DNA of 64,000 nucleotides from Octopus vulgaris (Eukaryota). Positions 51,884 to 64,000 of the stretch are shown here, piece by piece. The notes beneath the pieces are model-generated. The model saw only the letters and a list, made by a program, of their open reading frames with translations. It did not search any database and had not been told where the DNA came from. A program made the translations under genes and the position numbers. The stretch is taken from assembly GCA_951406725.2 (NCBI GenBank), contig OX597817.1, forward strand, positions 152,458,001 through 152,522,000. Reading direction: 5' to 3'. Each line of letters starts with the position of its first letter. Within the stretch, counting starts at the first letter, position 1.

Positions 51884-52015
51884 CTTCTTCTTCTTCTTCT
51901 TCTTCTTCTTCTTCTTCTTCTTCTTCTTCTTCTTCTTCTTCTTCTTCTTCTTCTTCTTCTTCTTCTTCTTCTTCTTCTTCTTCTTCTTCTTCTTCTTCTT
52001 CTTCTTCTTCTTCTT
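51884..52015. repeat. Pure (CTT)n microsatellite, about 44 units
   Basis: Read directly from the sequence. Confidence 0.97.
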
Positions 52016-52681
52016 CTCCTCCTCCTCCCCACCACCGCCACTGCCACTACTCTCTTGCTTTATCCCAAGAACTGTTGAAGGGTAAGCATTGTGGTATCAG
52101 TGGTGGCTGATTATTAATACAATTAGGCAAACATTGATTGATTGCAAGAGGCACCCTTTTGTTTTGTTTTACTCACTGAGATGTGATGTCTTAGCATAGA
52201 ATAAACAAACACAACGGTGATGGTGGTGGCGATCAAGAGGAGGAGGAGGAGGAAGCAGAAGAGGAAGAAGAAAATAGTTTTAGCCTAGAAACAAACAGTT
52301 GATTTATTGGAATTTTTTCTTTTTTTTTTGTCAGTTCAGTATATGTCAATAGATTGCACTTTAGAATATACCGATGCAGCTGAATATTTTCAACAACAAC
52401 AGCTACTACTGTTATTGTTGTTGTTGTTGATGATGATGATGTTGGTGTTGATGTTATCATTGTGGAGTGTTGGACTAAGTATCTTGCAGTATCTTGTTAA
52501 ATTCTTTTACATATTGAGTTCAAATCCTTCTTGAGTTGATAAAATAAGTACCTCTCTCACCTAATGGAATTGAGTGAATCAATTATTGTGTGCTATTAAA
52601 TTTACAGCCTTGTGTTTATGTTAGAAACTATTATTATTTTTGTTATTATTATTTTTATTATTATTATTATTATTATTATTA

Positions 52682-52896
52682 AGGCAGTAAGCTGGCAGAA
52701 TCATTAGCATGCCAGGCAAGATGCTTAGCAGCATTTCATCCATCTTTACGTTCTGAGTTCAAATTCTACCAAGGTCAACTTTACCTTTCATCCTTTTGAG
52801 AGGTCGATAAAATAAATACCAGTTACATGCTGGGGTTGATGTAATCGACTAGTCCCCTCCCCCAGAATTTCATACCTTGTGCCTATAGTAAAAAGG

Positions 52897-52953
<57 letters not shown>

Positions 52954-53070
52954 GAGGCAGCAAGTTGGCAGAATTGTAAGTGCACTGGGTATAATGCTTA
53001 GTGGCATTTCATCTGTCTTTATGCCCTGAGTTCAAATTTCACCGAAGTTGACTTTATCTTTCATTCTTTT
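52682..53070 (+). mobile_element. Two tandem ATT-tailed SINEs (second truncated)
   Basis: GGCAGTAAGCTGGCAGAA and GGCAGCAAGTTGGCAGAA heads, each after (ATT)n. Confidence 0.85.
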
Positions 53071-53084
53071 GTGGTCACAGTTTA

Positions 53085-54298
53085 ACATTTGGTGGGAATG
53101 TTTAAATTTAAAGAAAAACTGGTAAAACAGTGTTGGGGTTGTGCTATGGCAGCAAAGGCGCCCCCAGTGCAGATTCAACCGTGGCCAAAAATGGATTCAG
53201 CATGGTCTAGACTGCATGTGGATTTCACAGGCCCAATAAATGGCTCTCATTATATCATCATGGTGGATAGCTATTCCAAATGGCCTGAAGTATGTAAATG
53301 TTCAAGGCCAACCACAAGTATGATGATTGACTTCTTGGAAGAATTATTCGCTCATTATGGGGTGCCAGATACAATCGTGTCAGATAATGGTACACAATTT
53401 ACGGTGAAGGTGTTCAAAAGATTCTGTAAGTCAGTTCAAATGAAGCATGTGTTAACTCTGCTATGCCATCCAAGGTCAAATGGGTTAGCAGAAAGATTCG
53501 TTGACACATTCAAGAGAGCTTTAAGAAAGACCAGATGGGAATGACAAAGTTTTTGCAGGTGTATTGAATAACACCGAATCCAAATGCAGAGTTGGGTAAG
53601 TCATCCGCAAATTTGATGTTTTCCAGAAAAATGCGTTCTATTTTTGATAAATTGTTGCCGAGTAGGAAACAGAGAATAGAAAATTCGGGAAGAAGAATGA
53701 AATTTTTTAACACGGGTGATGAAGTGTATTTTAAAATATATAGAAACGGAAAACAGGACTGGGAACAAGGAAGTATAACTGGGTAACGTGATGTACATGG
53801 TAAAAGGACCAAAATATGAATACAAAAGGCATATAAACCAATTAAAAAAAGATGTACCAAAAATCAAGAGAAGCGAGAAGAACCAATGGATATATGGTAT
53901 GATCTGTTCAAGGTCCCAGAACCACAAGCAGAAGCAGAACTGACATGTAGGTCAAACAGGAAGAGAAAACCTACAGAAATGATGGAAATTAACGCTAAGA
54001 GAAAAAGATATGCTAGTTTCTCACCAAAGAAATAAAATTGATAACTTCAGGTTTAGAAAAAAGCTCTCAAAAGGGGGAGGTGTTGTGTGGATGCCCCCAG
54101 ACGATAAGTAGGCTAGTCCAATACATATAAATAATGGATGTGAAAGCTAGTCATAGAAGCGTTGTGTAGAGTGAGCTGGAGCCGTCGGTAGACTAGACGT
54201 CGAGTTCTGTTGAGTTGAGTTGTTGGAAGTGAGAGTTCGGTAGTTGAGTAGAGGTACGTTATTGGTGAAGGTACGCCATCCGAACGTGCGATATAACA
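53085..54298 (+). mobile_element. Ty3/Gypsy LTR retrotransposon 3' fragment: integrase, PPT and 3' LTR
   Basis: CxxC, WSRLHVDFTGP, VDSYSKWPEV, IVSDNGTQF, HPRSNGLAERFV (DDE integrase); PPT AAAAGGGGGAGG 54069-54080; LTR TGTTG...TAACA 54081-54298. Confidence 0.9.
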
Positions 54299-56696
54299 CA
54301 GCCACAGTCATAGTGATCATCATCGCTGTCATGAACTGTGCTTATTTTTTCTATGATTGATTGAGTCTGCTTGATCAGTCAGTTGTGTAGATATTGTCAT
54401 TTGTCTCTTTCTTTATCATCTTGTCTTTGAGAGCCAACAGATTGTATAATTTGATCCTGTTAATGCTTCCTATGTTTCCTTTGCTTGTCCTCTTCCACAG
54501 GTACCTTCCATTATCACACCTTGTTTTCCGCCCTTCAAGCAGTTACACGAGATATAAAAGCTTCCTAAGACATGAAGGCTTTTAAGGATCAGTGCATAAC
54601 TGTGTTTTTATGATATTTTGTAAAGGAGATATAAATCTCTCCCTGGAGAGGATGCCAGTCTACTGTTAGTAGTACGTTATCTGGTATTCATTCCCAACAG
54701 CTAGAATGAAACTAGAACAATGTAGTATAAAGTGATCTTTTTGAAATACAATGTAAAAACCAACAGGAAAATTTGATTGCATGTTCCATGAGAAGGTAAT
54801 CTAATATTTCTTCACTTGGCCCTTCCCCCTCTACAAGGAGACATAGCTTTATACCACTGATAATACCCAAAAGGCCAGCTGTCTGATGACTAAAACCACA
54901 GGAAGAGCTTTCAGTAGGTTACTATCAGTGACACAGTTCCACCGCTACTGATAGCTAGTTGATTATCTTTAAAAGAGACATTTATCTGTTATACCAATGA
55001 ATTACCATGCTGTTGAGAGAGCGGATTTTTGTCAGACCTGACTATGCTTCAGGTACACTCATGCTATGATGACTGTAGACATTATCTTTATCTTTATTAT
55101 ACTTGGGTGGACAGGATTCAAATTAACAATCTTAGAAGATATGTTTCAAGAAAGTTTTTTTTTCAGTCATTAACAATTGCCATGCACTTTTTTTACAATT
55201 AGAAGTTTATTGTACAATTTGAATTATCTGCTTGCGGTGAGGAAACTAGAGTTGTACAATTTGAATGTCATCTACTGTTGTCATGCTCTTTGTTTTCACT
55301 CATGTCATGTTACAAAGGTCTTGGTGTTTTGTCTTATCTATCATTAATGCTTCTTAGTTCATAGTTAGGACTTATTAAAGCTAAAATATCAAGTGAAGTT
55401 ATTTCTCTATTTGCTCTCTACTGTAATCTTCACTACCTTCAAGTAAAAGACAAGCCCTTATTATTGTTTAGTCAACCGATGTATTTGTATAACCAGTATA
55501 ATGTGAAATAAATATAATAACATCTTGCATATTTTTTTCTTCTATTTTCTTGTTTTTATCATTTTTATTTTTATATTTTGAGAAAGAAATGAAGTGGCCA
55601 GAGTTTTCATGGGCCTCCTTAAACTGAGAATGTGAAATAACTGAGTAAGGGTGGTTTAAAGATGGTGATGTTACTAGATTGCAGGTTATTGGACTAAACC
55701 TTTAGGTATAGGCCTGTAGCTATGTTTACTTTATGTCTGACATAATAAACTTATACACTATTGGTTAATGTGATTTTATTATGATTTACTAGCTTCATCT
55801 AATAAAGGTTAAGAGTTAAATTATTATTTCTTCATCTAATTTTATATCTATTTGCCCATAATAGTATGAAGGGTAGGAGAGCTTTTTGAAAATATAGATA
55901 TCATCTTTATTTGAACTCATACACATATTGGAATTCATGCAAATATTGTTGTTAGATAATCTTTCTACTAATCCCCCACCTGTAAAGTAGAATTAGTTCT
56001 TGGGTTAGCTACATGGAACTGAATGTCTAATTGCTTTAGAATATTTGATCTTGTGATTTTCTGGTCAGTAGCCTCTCACATGATATCTTTTATGCCTCTA
56101 TGAATTTGGAAATTGAATTGTTTTATCACTCATTTAGTTCAACTGGATTTATTTATATTATCCTGACTCCAAGTAAATCCTTAGCTGTCACTTGGTAGTA
56201 AGTATAACTTAGTAGCATCTACCATGCTTTTGCATATTGTTTTAGATACCTGCACATGCTTGTTGATTTTCTCTTTGCCTACATTGAACTGCCAGTGTTT
56301 TAGTTGAGTATTGGCCACATCAGTTTCACCAATCTAGAGAGGTCAGCAAAGGTCATGGGCATTAAACTGCCTTATCTGATTAACTTATTAAGAAGAATAA
56401 AAATCTGTAGAAGTTCAAGCTCAACATCAATCTCTACCATCTGGGTAAATCTACAAAGGTCATGGTTACTGTCTTACCTGACTGATTAAAATATGAAAAA
56501 AGAAACTAGGTAAAAAAGAACAATCAAAAAAATTATGACAATTAAAAACCAAAAATAAACTATAATTAACAAATAATAAATAGACAGATGAAATAATTTA
56601 CCTCCAATTGATTCAGTTTGCAACAGGTACAAATATGTTAAACTGTTGATGGTGATGATGTTATGTAATGCATTAATTTGTTTCTTCCATTTGCAG

Positions 56697-56794
56697 CTGA
56701 ACTTTATCTCAGTTTAGACCGAACAACAGAAGCTGAATCCTGCGTACAGGAAACTTCTGCCATATTTCCACTATCTTACCAAGTAGCTTTCATG
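56697..56794 (+). CDS. TTC7B: TTC7B-like, internal exon h
   Basis: ttgcag|CT GAA...ATG|gtatgt; 98 nt, phase 1/0. ELYLSLDRTTEAESCVQETSAIFPLSYQVAFM (TTC7B: EATACTQEAANLFPMSHNVLYM). Confidence 0.95.
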
Positions 56795-59700
56795 GTATGT
56801 AATCTCTTCACTTTTCCTGCTGAATTATCATCATCATCATCATCGTCATCATCATCATTACTACTATTATTATCATTATTTTCTTTCTATTTCTTATTCC
56901 ACTGTTTTAACTTGAACTGTCTTCCTAGTAACTCATTCTTAGAGTTCAACATTTCTTCCGTGGCCCACATTATTACAGTTGACTAACCTCCCTCTTCATA
57001 TATGTACCTAATTCTTCTTTTGATTATATTTGAGGGCCCCATTAATTGTGAGGTTAAGGTGCTGAACTATTGACTATATCTCCATAAGTTCACACCTTAT
57101 TACTCCAGCTATTTTGTTTTCCATCTGAGCATGACACTTGTTTATTCCAATTTCCCTACTTCACAGTTTAGTGGTTAGTGGTAATATCAAATTCAAGTAG
57201 TTGATTCCTACAAATAAACAACTCGAGTATTGAAATATAGTAATTAAAGGTGTAACTTCAAAGGTGGATTAAAGGATATATCACTAAGGTGATAAATTAC
57301 TGAACATACTTATTTATGGACTAATATCTGCTGAGTTTAAATCTACTGCAGGTATTTTTATTGTCCAGAGGACACTAAATTCTATATCACCTTTGTATGC
57401 CTAAATAATTACTTGGTTTTCTTGGAAAGATACTTATGGACTGGTTTAAATCTAGGAAGGAGATATCTCACTTGTAGGTCTAAAGAATTGGGATTAAGTG
57501 CTGGTCCTAAAATGATTAACCTTTTAACAACTTAAATGCAGAAACATAATGCTTAACAATTGGTGCTGTATGATGTAGTTACAACAATTCCACTGTATGT
57601 CAACTTAAGTAACAGTCTAAGTGATAGGAACTATAGAGTAAGTGACTAAATGCCTCGAGGTACTTAGTTGCATCATTCCAGTCAATTGGTGTGGCTATGG
57701 TTGGCACCGTTTTTCAGTTCAAATCCTGCTGTCTGGGTTGATCGTTGTCTGTTATTTGCCACCCACACACCCATCCTTGGTTGATAAATAAGCACCCATA
57801 ATATACTGGAGTTGATTCACTCAACTACCACTATTACCCCCACAAGTTTGTGACCTTGTGACAAAGATAGAAATTAATATTTCAGTAACATTATTTCTTC
57901 CTAGCCAATTATCCACTACCCTTCACCAAAGAGATAACTAAAGTATAAGCCAGCACAACTGGATCTACTTCATTGTTTCTGTAATCTGGCTTCTTATTGA
58001 ATAGGTTATGTTGACATTCCACATCACACTGTGAATCAAAACTTTGTTCTAAATTGATTTTTGCACACCCCACACACGCGTGCATATATACATACATGCA
58101 CATATACACATAGGCACATAGACAGAATTAAGCCTTTGTTTCACTCTTTCATGTATTATTCTGCCCGGTTTTTGTTTAATTTTGTTTTGTTGTTTCTTTA
58201 ATGCTGTTGCTGCTTTTAAATATTTTATGTATTTGCGATATGTCTCTTTTTATGAATGTGAGAGTATGGATGCCTAAAATGATTCGATACTAGAAAACTA
58301 GTAGAAAGCCTCATTCGTATTCTCTTAGTAGTAGCGCTATACATCTATACATGCGAAGGTACTTGAATCCTAATAACTGAGGCTATATAGCTATAAGTAG
58401 ACACCACTATGACAGTTCCATTCCTCTTATTGAGAAAGATACCTGTGATATACCAGTGGCCTAAGGAGTTCTTGAAACATTAAACTTTTCCATCTTCTTC
58501 ACAACAAGCAGCAAGCCAATTTATTTCATTTTTGAACTGTTTATCCAGAAGGAGATTTATCTCTCTCCTCAGCTTAATATTTCGGAAACTGGGGGAGAAA
58601 TCTCAATTGGATTGATTTAGAGAACATTTAAATATAAATAAACAGACACAACCAATACCCTCCCTAATCATGGATTAAGGAGGGCATTGGTTTTGTCTGT
58701 TCTGCTTTCATTTTGAATAGTTCTTAATGGCTTTGTCAATGAGGTTGATGTTATTGTATTTATGTAACATATTCCAGACATATTCTTACGTTACTCCATC
58801 ATCCCAACCAGAATGCAAAGGATGTGAACCTTATTGATGTTGCTTTCTGTAAAAATAAATAAAATTAAAACTACCTTCTCAAAAGCTTCAGCAGTGTTGT
58901 TATATCACTGAAGACTGTATCTTTGGATTCACTTATACCAAATTCCTGATAATAATATTTATTAATTCTCCTCTATAGCCTTCTTTTCAATATAGTTTGA
59001 TCTTATCAGAATAGACATATAATTATTATTTTGTGCTGTGATATGAAGGCAATGCAAGTAGGAGGTGACCTTTAATCACTTTGACCTTTGTTTTTAAATT
59101 GACATTCAGTCTCAGCCACATCAACATTGTTGATTAGCAGGAGAGAGAGAGAGAGAGAGAGAGTTTATGTAATTGCCCAGTCTACTAGAAATAGCAGCCA
59201 AATATACTTTAAACTTACCCCACCATCTTAAAAACACAAAAAGGAAAAAAAAACAAAAAAAAACATTGTATAATGTAATCTTAGACACAATAAAATGATT
59301 GATCACAATTGGACTGTTGGATCTAGATCCTCTTGCTCAGGGTTGACTTGGAGCTAAACAACAAACAAAGTAATAAAGAGAGAGCATCGAAATAGTCGTT
59401 TCACTAATCTCCTGTAACCCTTTATTTGTGAAATTAAATTTTGTGGTTATTCCAGTAATGATGTTAAATGTCTGTCAAAAAATAGAATTGGTATTTTCTG
59501 CAAGTCGTATAGCCTCAGTGAACTTGACATATCTCAACAGCAATTAGTTCCAATCATGACATTTCTCAACAAAAGATAGACTGGCATATAAAACTACTTT
59601 CTGCAAGTAAGGGTGATGAAATTTTGAGTGCATATATTTGATTTCTGAAGTGAAAAAGATTAAATTGCATCCCGCCCTCATAAAAAAGAAAGAGCTGAAT

Positions 59701-60053
59701 GGATAATATAATCTTAAATAATCTATGTCTGAATAAAAGACAGAATGATCTGTTGGAATGCTTTGTTCATAGTTATGCTTGATCTGAGATGACCTGGGAG
59801 GAAATAACATCACCAATTAAAGTAGAATGGCCTACTCATATATCAACCGACTTTCTCCTCACATTTTCACTCTCTTTATGTAACTTGAATGTTTACATCT
59901 GTGTCCAAACTGTTTACAGTTTTTGTAATAAATCTTTTAAATAGATTTCTAAAAATATTTTTGCCATGCGTAAAGTTTTTTATAAAGCATTAAATTGCAG
60001 TTTTTGTAATAAATCTTTTAAATTTGTTAATAAAAATATTTTTGTCATACCTA

Positions 60054-60285
60054 TTTCTTTACTACCCACAATGGGCTAAACACAGAGAGGACAAACAAGG
60101 ACAGACAAGTGGATTAAGTCGATTATATCGACCCCAGTGCGTAACTGGTACTTAATTTATCGACCCCGAAAGGATGAAAGGTAAAGTCGACCTTGGCGGA
60201 ATTTGAACTCAGAACGTAACGGCAGATGAAATACGGTTACGCATTTTGCCCAGCATGCTAATGATTCTGCCAGCTCGCCGCCTTC
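60054..60285 (-). mobile_element. Young full-length SINE (GGCGGCGAGCTGGCAGAA family) with 17-bp TSD
   Basis: TSD TATTTTTGTCATACCTA at 60037-60053 and 60286-60302; CpGs retained. Confidence 0.92.
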
Positions 60286-60319
60286 TATTTTTGTCATACC
60301 TAAAATCTTTTAATGTAGA

Positions 60320-60715
60320 GAGCCAGCAGAATTGATAGAACACTGGTAAAAGTGTCTTGTGATATTTCTTCCAGCTCTTAATGTTCTGAGTTCAAATACA
60401 TCTGAGGTCAACTTTGTCTTTTACCTCTCAGGGGTTGATAAAATATAGAACCAGTCAAGTAAAGGGATTGATGGTATTGATTAATCTGCTCTCTTTGAAA
60501 GTGTGGGCCTTGTACTTAGATTAGAAACAAATATTTTAGTGCAGTATTCTAGTTTCAGAAAATACCTATGTGGTATTAGAAAAGGCATCCAGCTGTAAAA
60601 ACTAAGCTAAATCAGACTGGAACCTGGTTCAGCTCTCCGACTTGCCAGCTCTGGTCAAACTGTCCAACTCATGCCAGCATGGAAAACAGATGTTAGAGGA
60701 GGAGGAGGAGGATGA
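60320..60715 (+). mobile_element. Degenerate ATT-tailed SINE and SINE tail
   Basis: GTTCTGAGTTCAAAT core; AAGGCATCCAGCTGTA...CATGCCAGCATGGAAAAC tail. Confidence 0.7.
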
Positions 60716-61939
60716 CAACCTATCAACAAATCTGTTGTTTGATTTAGTTAAGTGTGTATGTAAAGAAGAAGGACATACAAACAGCCTCACAGTTTTCTCT
60801 TTAAGTGACTGTTGAATAATGTTTAGGTTGAATTGCTTTTAGGGCATGAGTGGGTGGGACATACTGGAAGAATGAATGAAATGTTAGGGTTGCTTCCTCA
60901 GCAAAACAGACTTCACTATATTTACTGAAGTAGTGATGTGATGAGAGTATCACTAAATAGATGTACAGCATTGTACATGAGTGGTGCAAAGTCGAGATTC
61001 CCTTGGTAAAGTAAGGTGAAGTTTATACCTTACTGCAGAAGTCTAAGACTGAAACATGTCTGGAGTTCTCTTGTATTTGTGGAAATCATTAAAATGTCAA
61101 TCATTGAGCTAATACTGAGCTTTTTCCTCCCCATATAATTATTTCTAATTAGAATTTTGAGGCTTACTTCATTTTTTTTAAAGATGGTAAGGGATAATTT
61201 GAGGGAAATTTAGTTGCTATTTCCAGCAGGTCAGTTAAATACAGAAATATTTAAGTCATAATAATGATAGAAATTGTTATGAAAGAAGTATAGCTTGTTA
61301 GACTAGGTAACTTGTAGTGCTGGGTCTGTTAACAGTCTGTTATCAAATGATTTTCTTGAGCATGACAGTCTTAATAACCTGATATTGTATTTATTTCTTA
61401 ACCTGTATGATGTATCTCTTCAAAGTTTAATAAACGAGGTTGATGTGACAGATACTTTGGATATGCTTAATATAATAATGTATACTTAGAAATTATTTGA
61501 TAATTAGAGCAGAAAATTCAATCCTATATCTGATTGACACACTAGATATCAGTGAATAAATAAAGGCTTGTATTAATGACTGGAGTACCTGGTTACTAAC
61601 TATAGCATTGAAAGGTGGAGGTATAGGGTGAGAACTGTTGAGAAGTTTTTAATCTAATATTTTAAGAGAGCGGTACTCTCTAATGGAGTATGTGTAGACC
61701 TTGTATAAAAGATCAATAACTGTTCATTTTTAAAGTACTTGTTGGTTCAGATATGAAGACTCAAGTTTAATGTTCTTTGAGTCTGTTTATGTCTGTTTTG
61801 TAAGTAGCTGAAGATTAAAGACTGAAGATAAGAAAGGTTACTAACTAAAGATAGACAAATAGGTGGATAAATAGTTACACATACATTCACACAATATGAA
61901 AGAGTAGAAGCATGTGTGTGTGTTATATCTGTTTGTATA

Positions 61940-62172
61940 TAATGCACACTTTTTTCCAGAAATGCTTGTTTATTCATATTGTTTTGAATTAATCATGCAT
62001 TATCTCATAGATTCAAGATTTTGATGATGTGATTAATTGTTTTAGTGTGACATTGTAGGGTAGATGTAAGAACCTACCCTACAACATCATTCTAAAATGA
62101 CATTGGCCAAACTGAACATAAAACAGTTAGGATTTTGGGTTGTATATTGCCCAGTTTCAATATTCAAGGGTT
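61940..62172. mobile_element. TTAA-type MITE fragment, inverted relative of 2023-2242
   Basis: TTTTGAATTAATCATGCATTATCTC...AAGGGTTA; contains an internal inverted duplication. Confidence 0.65.
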
Positions 62173-62199
62173 ACAGTTAAATATTATGGGTACATAAAG

Positions 62200-62540
62200 T
62201 GTAAAGGATAAAGACCCCCTTCGGTCATGAATGACTTATGGGGTTGCACCTAGGAAGCTACCCTCTGAGGCACAAGTCTGGGCAAGGTTGTTTATGGAAG
62301 ACCAGCAGTTGCATACCAACCTCCTCTCTCCACGTCACCAATGTTATCTAAAGGAAAGGCAAAGGCTGATACAGCTTGGCATCAGTGATGTCACAACTCA
62401 TCTCTACAGCTGAGCAAACTGGAGCAACATGAAATAAAGTGTCTTTTTCAAGAACACAACACACAGCCTAGTCTGAGAATCGAATTCGTAACCTCATGAT
62501 TGTGAGTCCAACGCTCTAACCACTGAGCCATGTACCTATG
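62200..62540 (-). mobile_element. tRNA-derived SINE
   Basis: Minus-strand head TGGCTCAGTGGTTAGAGCGTTGGACTCAC...GAATTCGATTC. Confidence 0.8.
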
Positions 62541-63392
62541 TACTATGGGTAAATAGTATACACAATGTACATGAGAACTAAATTTTGTCCATTTTCTCAG
62601 TTCTAACAGTGCAGTCATATTTATGATGGCATTAATTATATCAATTGTTCAAGGTAGCTAGTGTGTAATGAAGAGTTTAAATTGCTATAAGGATACAGTT
62701 TTGTTCGATTGTCATAATGCATTAATTGTTTATTATGTTTCAATGAGTGTGTCTGCATAGTCTGTAAGGTCATATCGCTTGAGGTTGTTTATTGTTTTAC
62801 TAATACTTCAGAATGATCCAGAAGCAAAATTTAAAACTGAAATAGAAGCAGCAAAATGATAAAACGTACCTAGTTTCACTTCATATGCAGCTATATACTA
62901 CAGTTTATGTATATAAGTGGCTACGAAAATATATACTTCTTAAAATTTTCTGTTCACTACCCTACTACAATTGGTAATAATGCAAAGGTGTGCTGGATAC
63001 AACCCCTCCTCCTCCTCCTCCTCCTCCTCCACCACCACATCCTCCATCTCCATCACCATCATCATCATGATGGCATAGGTTAGATGGTTTGACAGGATCT
63101 GAGGTCCCAAGAACTGCATTGTGCCCCAGTATCTGTTCAGCACAGTTTCTATTGTTGGGTGCCCTTCCTAACACTAACTATTTTACAGTATGTACTGTTT
63201 TTGTGCCACCAGCACTAGTGAAGTTATCATGCATCTTGCAAGACTGTGAACCTTGAGTTGGGAGGGAAAAACTTTATGCTAGGTGAATAAAGAGTAGAAA
63301 GGGGTAAAGTATGAAGGAAAAGGCTGAAGCAAAGCAGATTTCTTGCTATAAAGGAACTATGTGACTACTCATGTTTTAGAATAGAGGGTGGA

Positions 63393-63760
63393 GCATGCTG
63401 GGACACTGCCTTGAAGGGTTTTAGTTGAAACAAATGGACCCCAGGACTTATTTTTTAAGCCTAGCACTTATTTATTAGGTCTCTTTTGCTGAACTGCTAA
63501 GTTACAGGGTTGAAAACACACCAACACTGGTTGTCAAGCAGTGGTGGAGGACAAACACAGACACAATGACACGCACACATAAATATATACATATATACAA
63601 CAGGCTTCTTTCAGTTTCCATCTGCCAAATCCACTCACGAGGCTTTGATTGACCTGAGGCTATAGTAGAAGACACTTACCCGAGATGTCATGCAGTGAAA
63701 CTGAACCTGAAACCATGTGGTTGAGAAGCAAGTTTCATACCACACAGCCATGCCTGTACC
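63393..63760 (-). mobile_element. tRNA-derived SINE, GGCTGTGTGG family
   Basis: Reverse complement of the head, core and tail of the 18740 family. Confidence 0.8.
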
Positions 63761-64000
63761 TATGAGTGGATGAGGAATAGTGGGAGAGGTGGGCACAGTG
63801 TATGAGGAAGGTGAGATGTTTGGTGGTGGTGGAGGAGGAGAGATAATTTGTTGGCACTGGGAATGGGTGGGGTAATCAATGAACGTATGGGTGGAGATCA
63901 GAATTAAAGGCTGAACGATGGATAACAAGGGAAATGATTCTGTGTAATAAGAAAAATGGTATCAAGAAGGGACTGCATTGTTTAATATACATGGAATATA

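Noticed and set aside
53083-53096. AACA-TTTGGTG as LTR end plus primer-binding site
   Set aside because: No 5' LTR upstream; the sequence fits the Trp codons of the integrase zinc-binding region.

Overview
AT-rich, microsatellite- and SINE-dense animal genomic DNA. The SINE families look like those of Octopus (coleoid cephalopod); this is inferred from the repeats alone. The window lies inside one + strand gene, a TTC7/TTC7B-like TPR scaffold of the PI4KIIIalpha-EFR3-FAM126 complex. Eight internal coding exons (2759-56794) splice with GT-AG boundaries and consistent phases into one open frame; the start and stop codons lie outside the window. The introns hold decayed or recent transposons: Tc1/mariner, hAT and TTAA MITEs, two Helitron derivatives, RTE, CR1, R4/Dong-type and Penelope-like retroelements, a Gypsy integrase with its 3' LTR, and many tRNA-derived SINEs. 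Almost all ORFs in the track are microsatellite or repeat artefacts. Most notable observations: (1) a 176-nt intronic hairpin with sense-strand G-U wobbles just upstream of one exon; (2) a candidate frame-preserving microexon in the same intron; (3) a Helitron coding repeat that has become a 132-bp higher-order minisatellite; (4) an RTE copy with a twin-priming-type inversion; (5) nests of SINEs and R4/Dong elements in (TAA)n tracts. I found no clear new multi-gene system. Repeat boundaries without a TSD or TIR are approximate.
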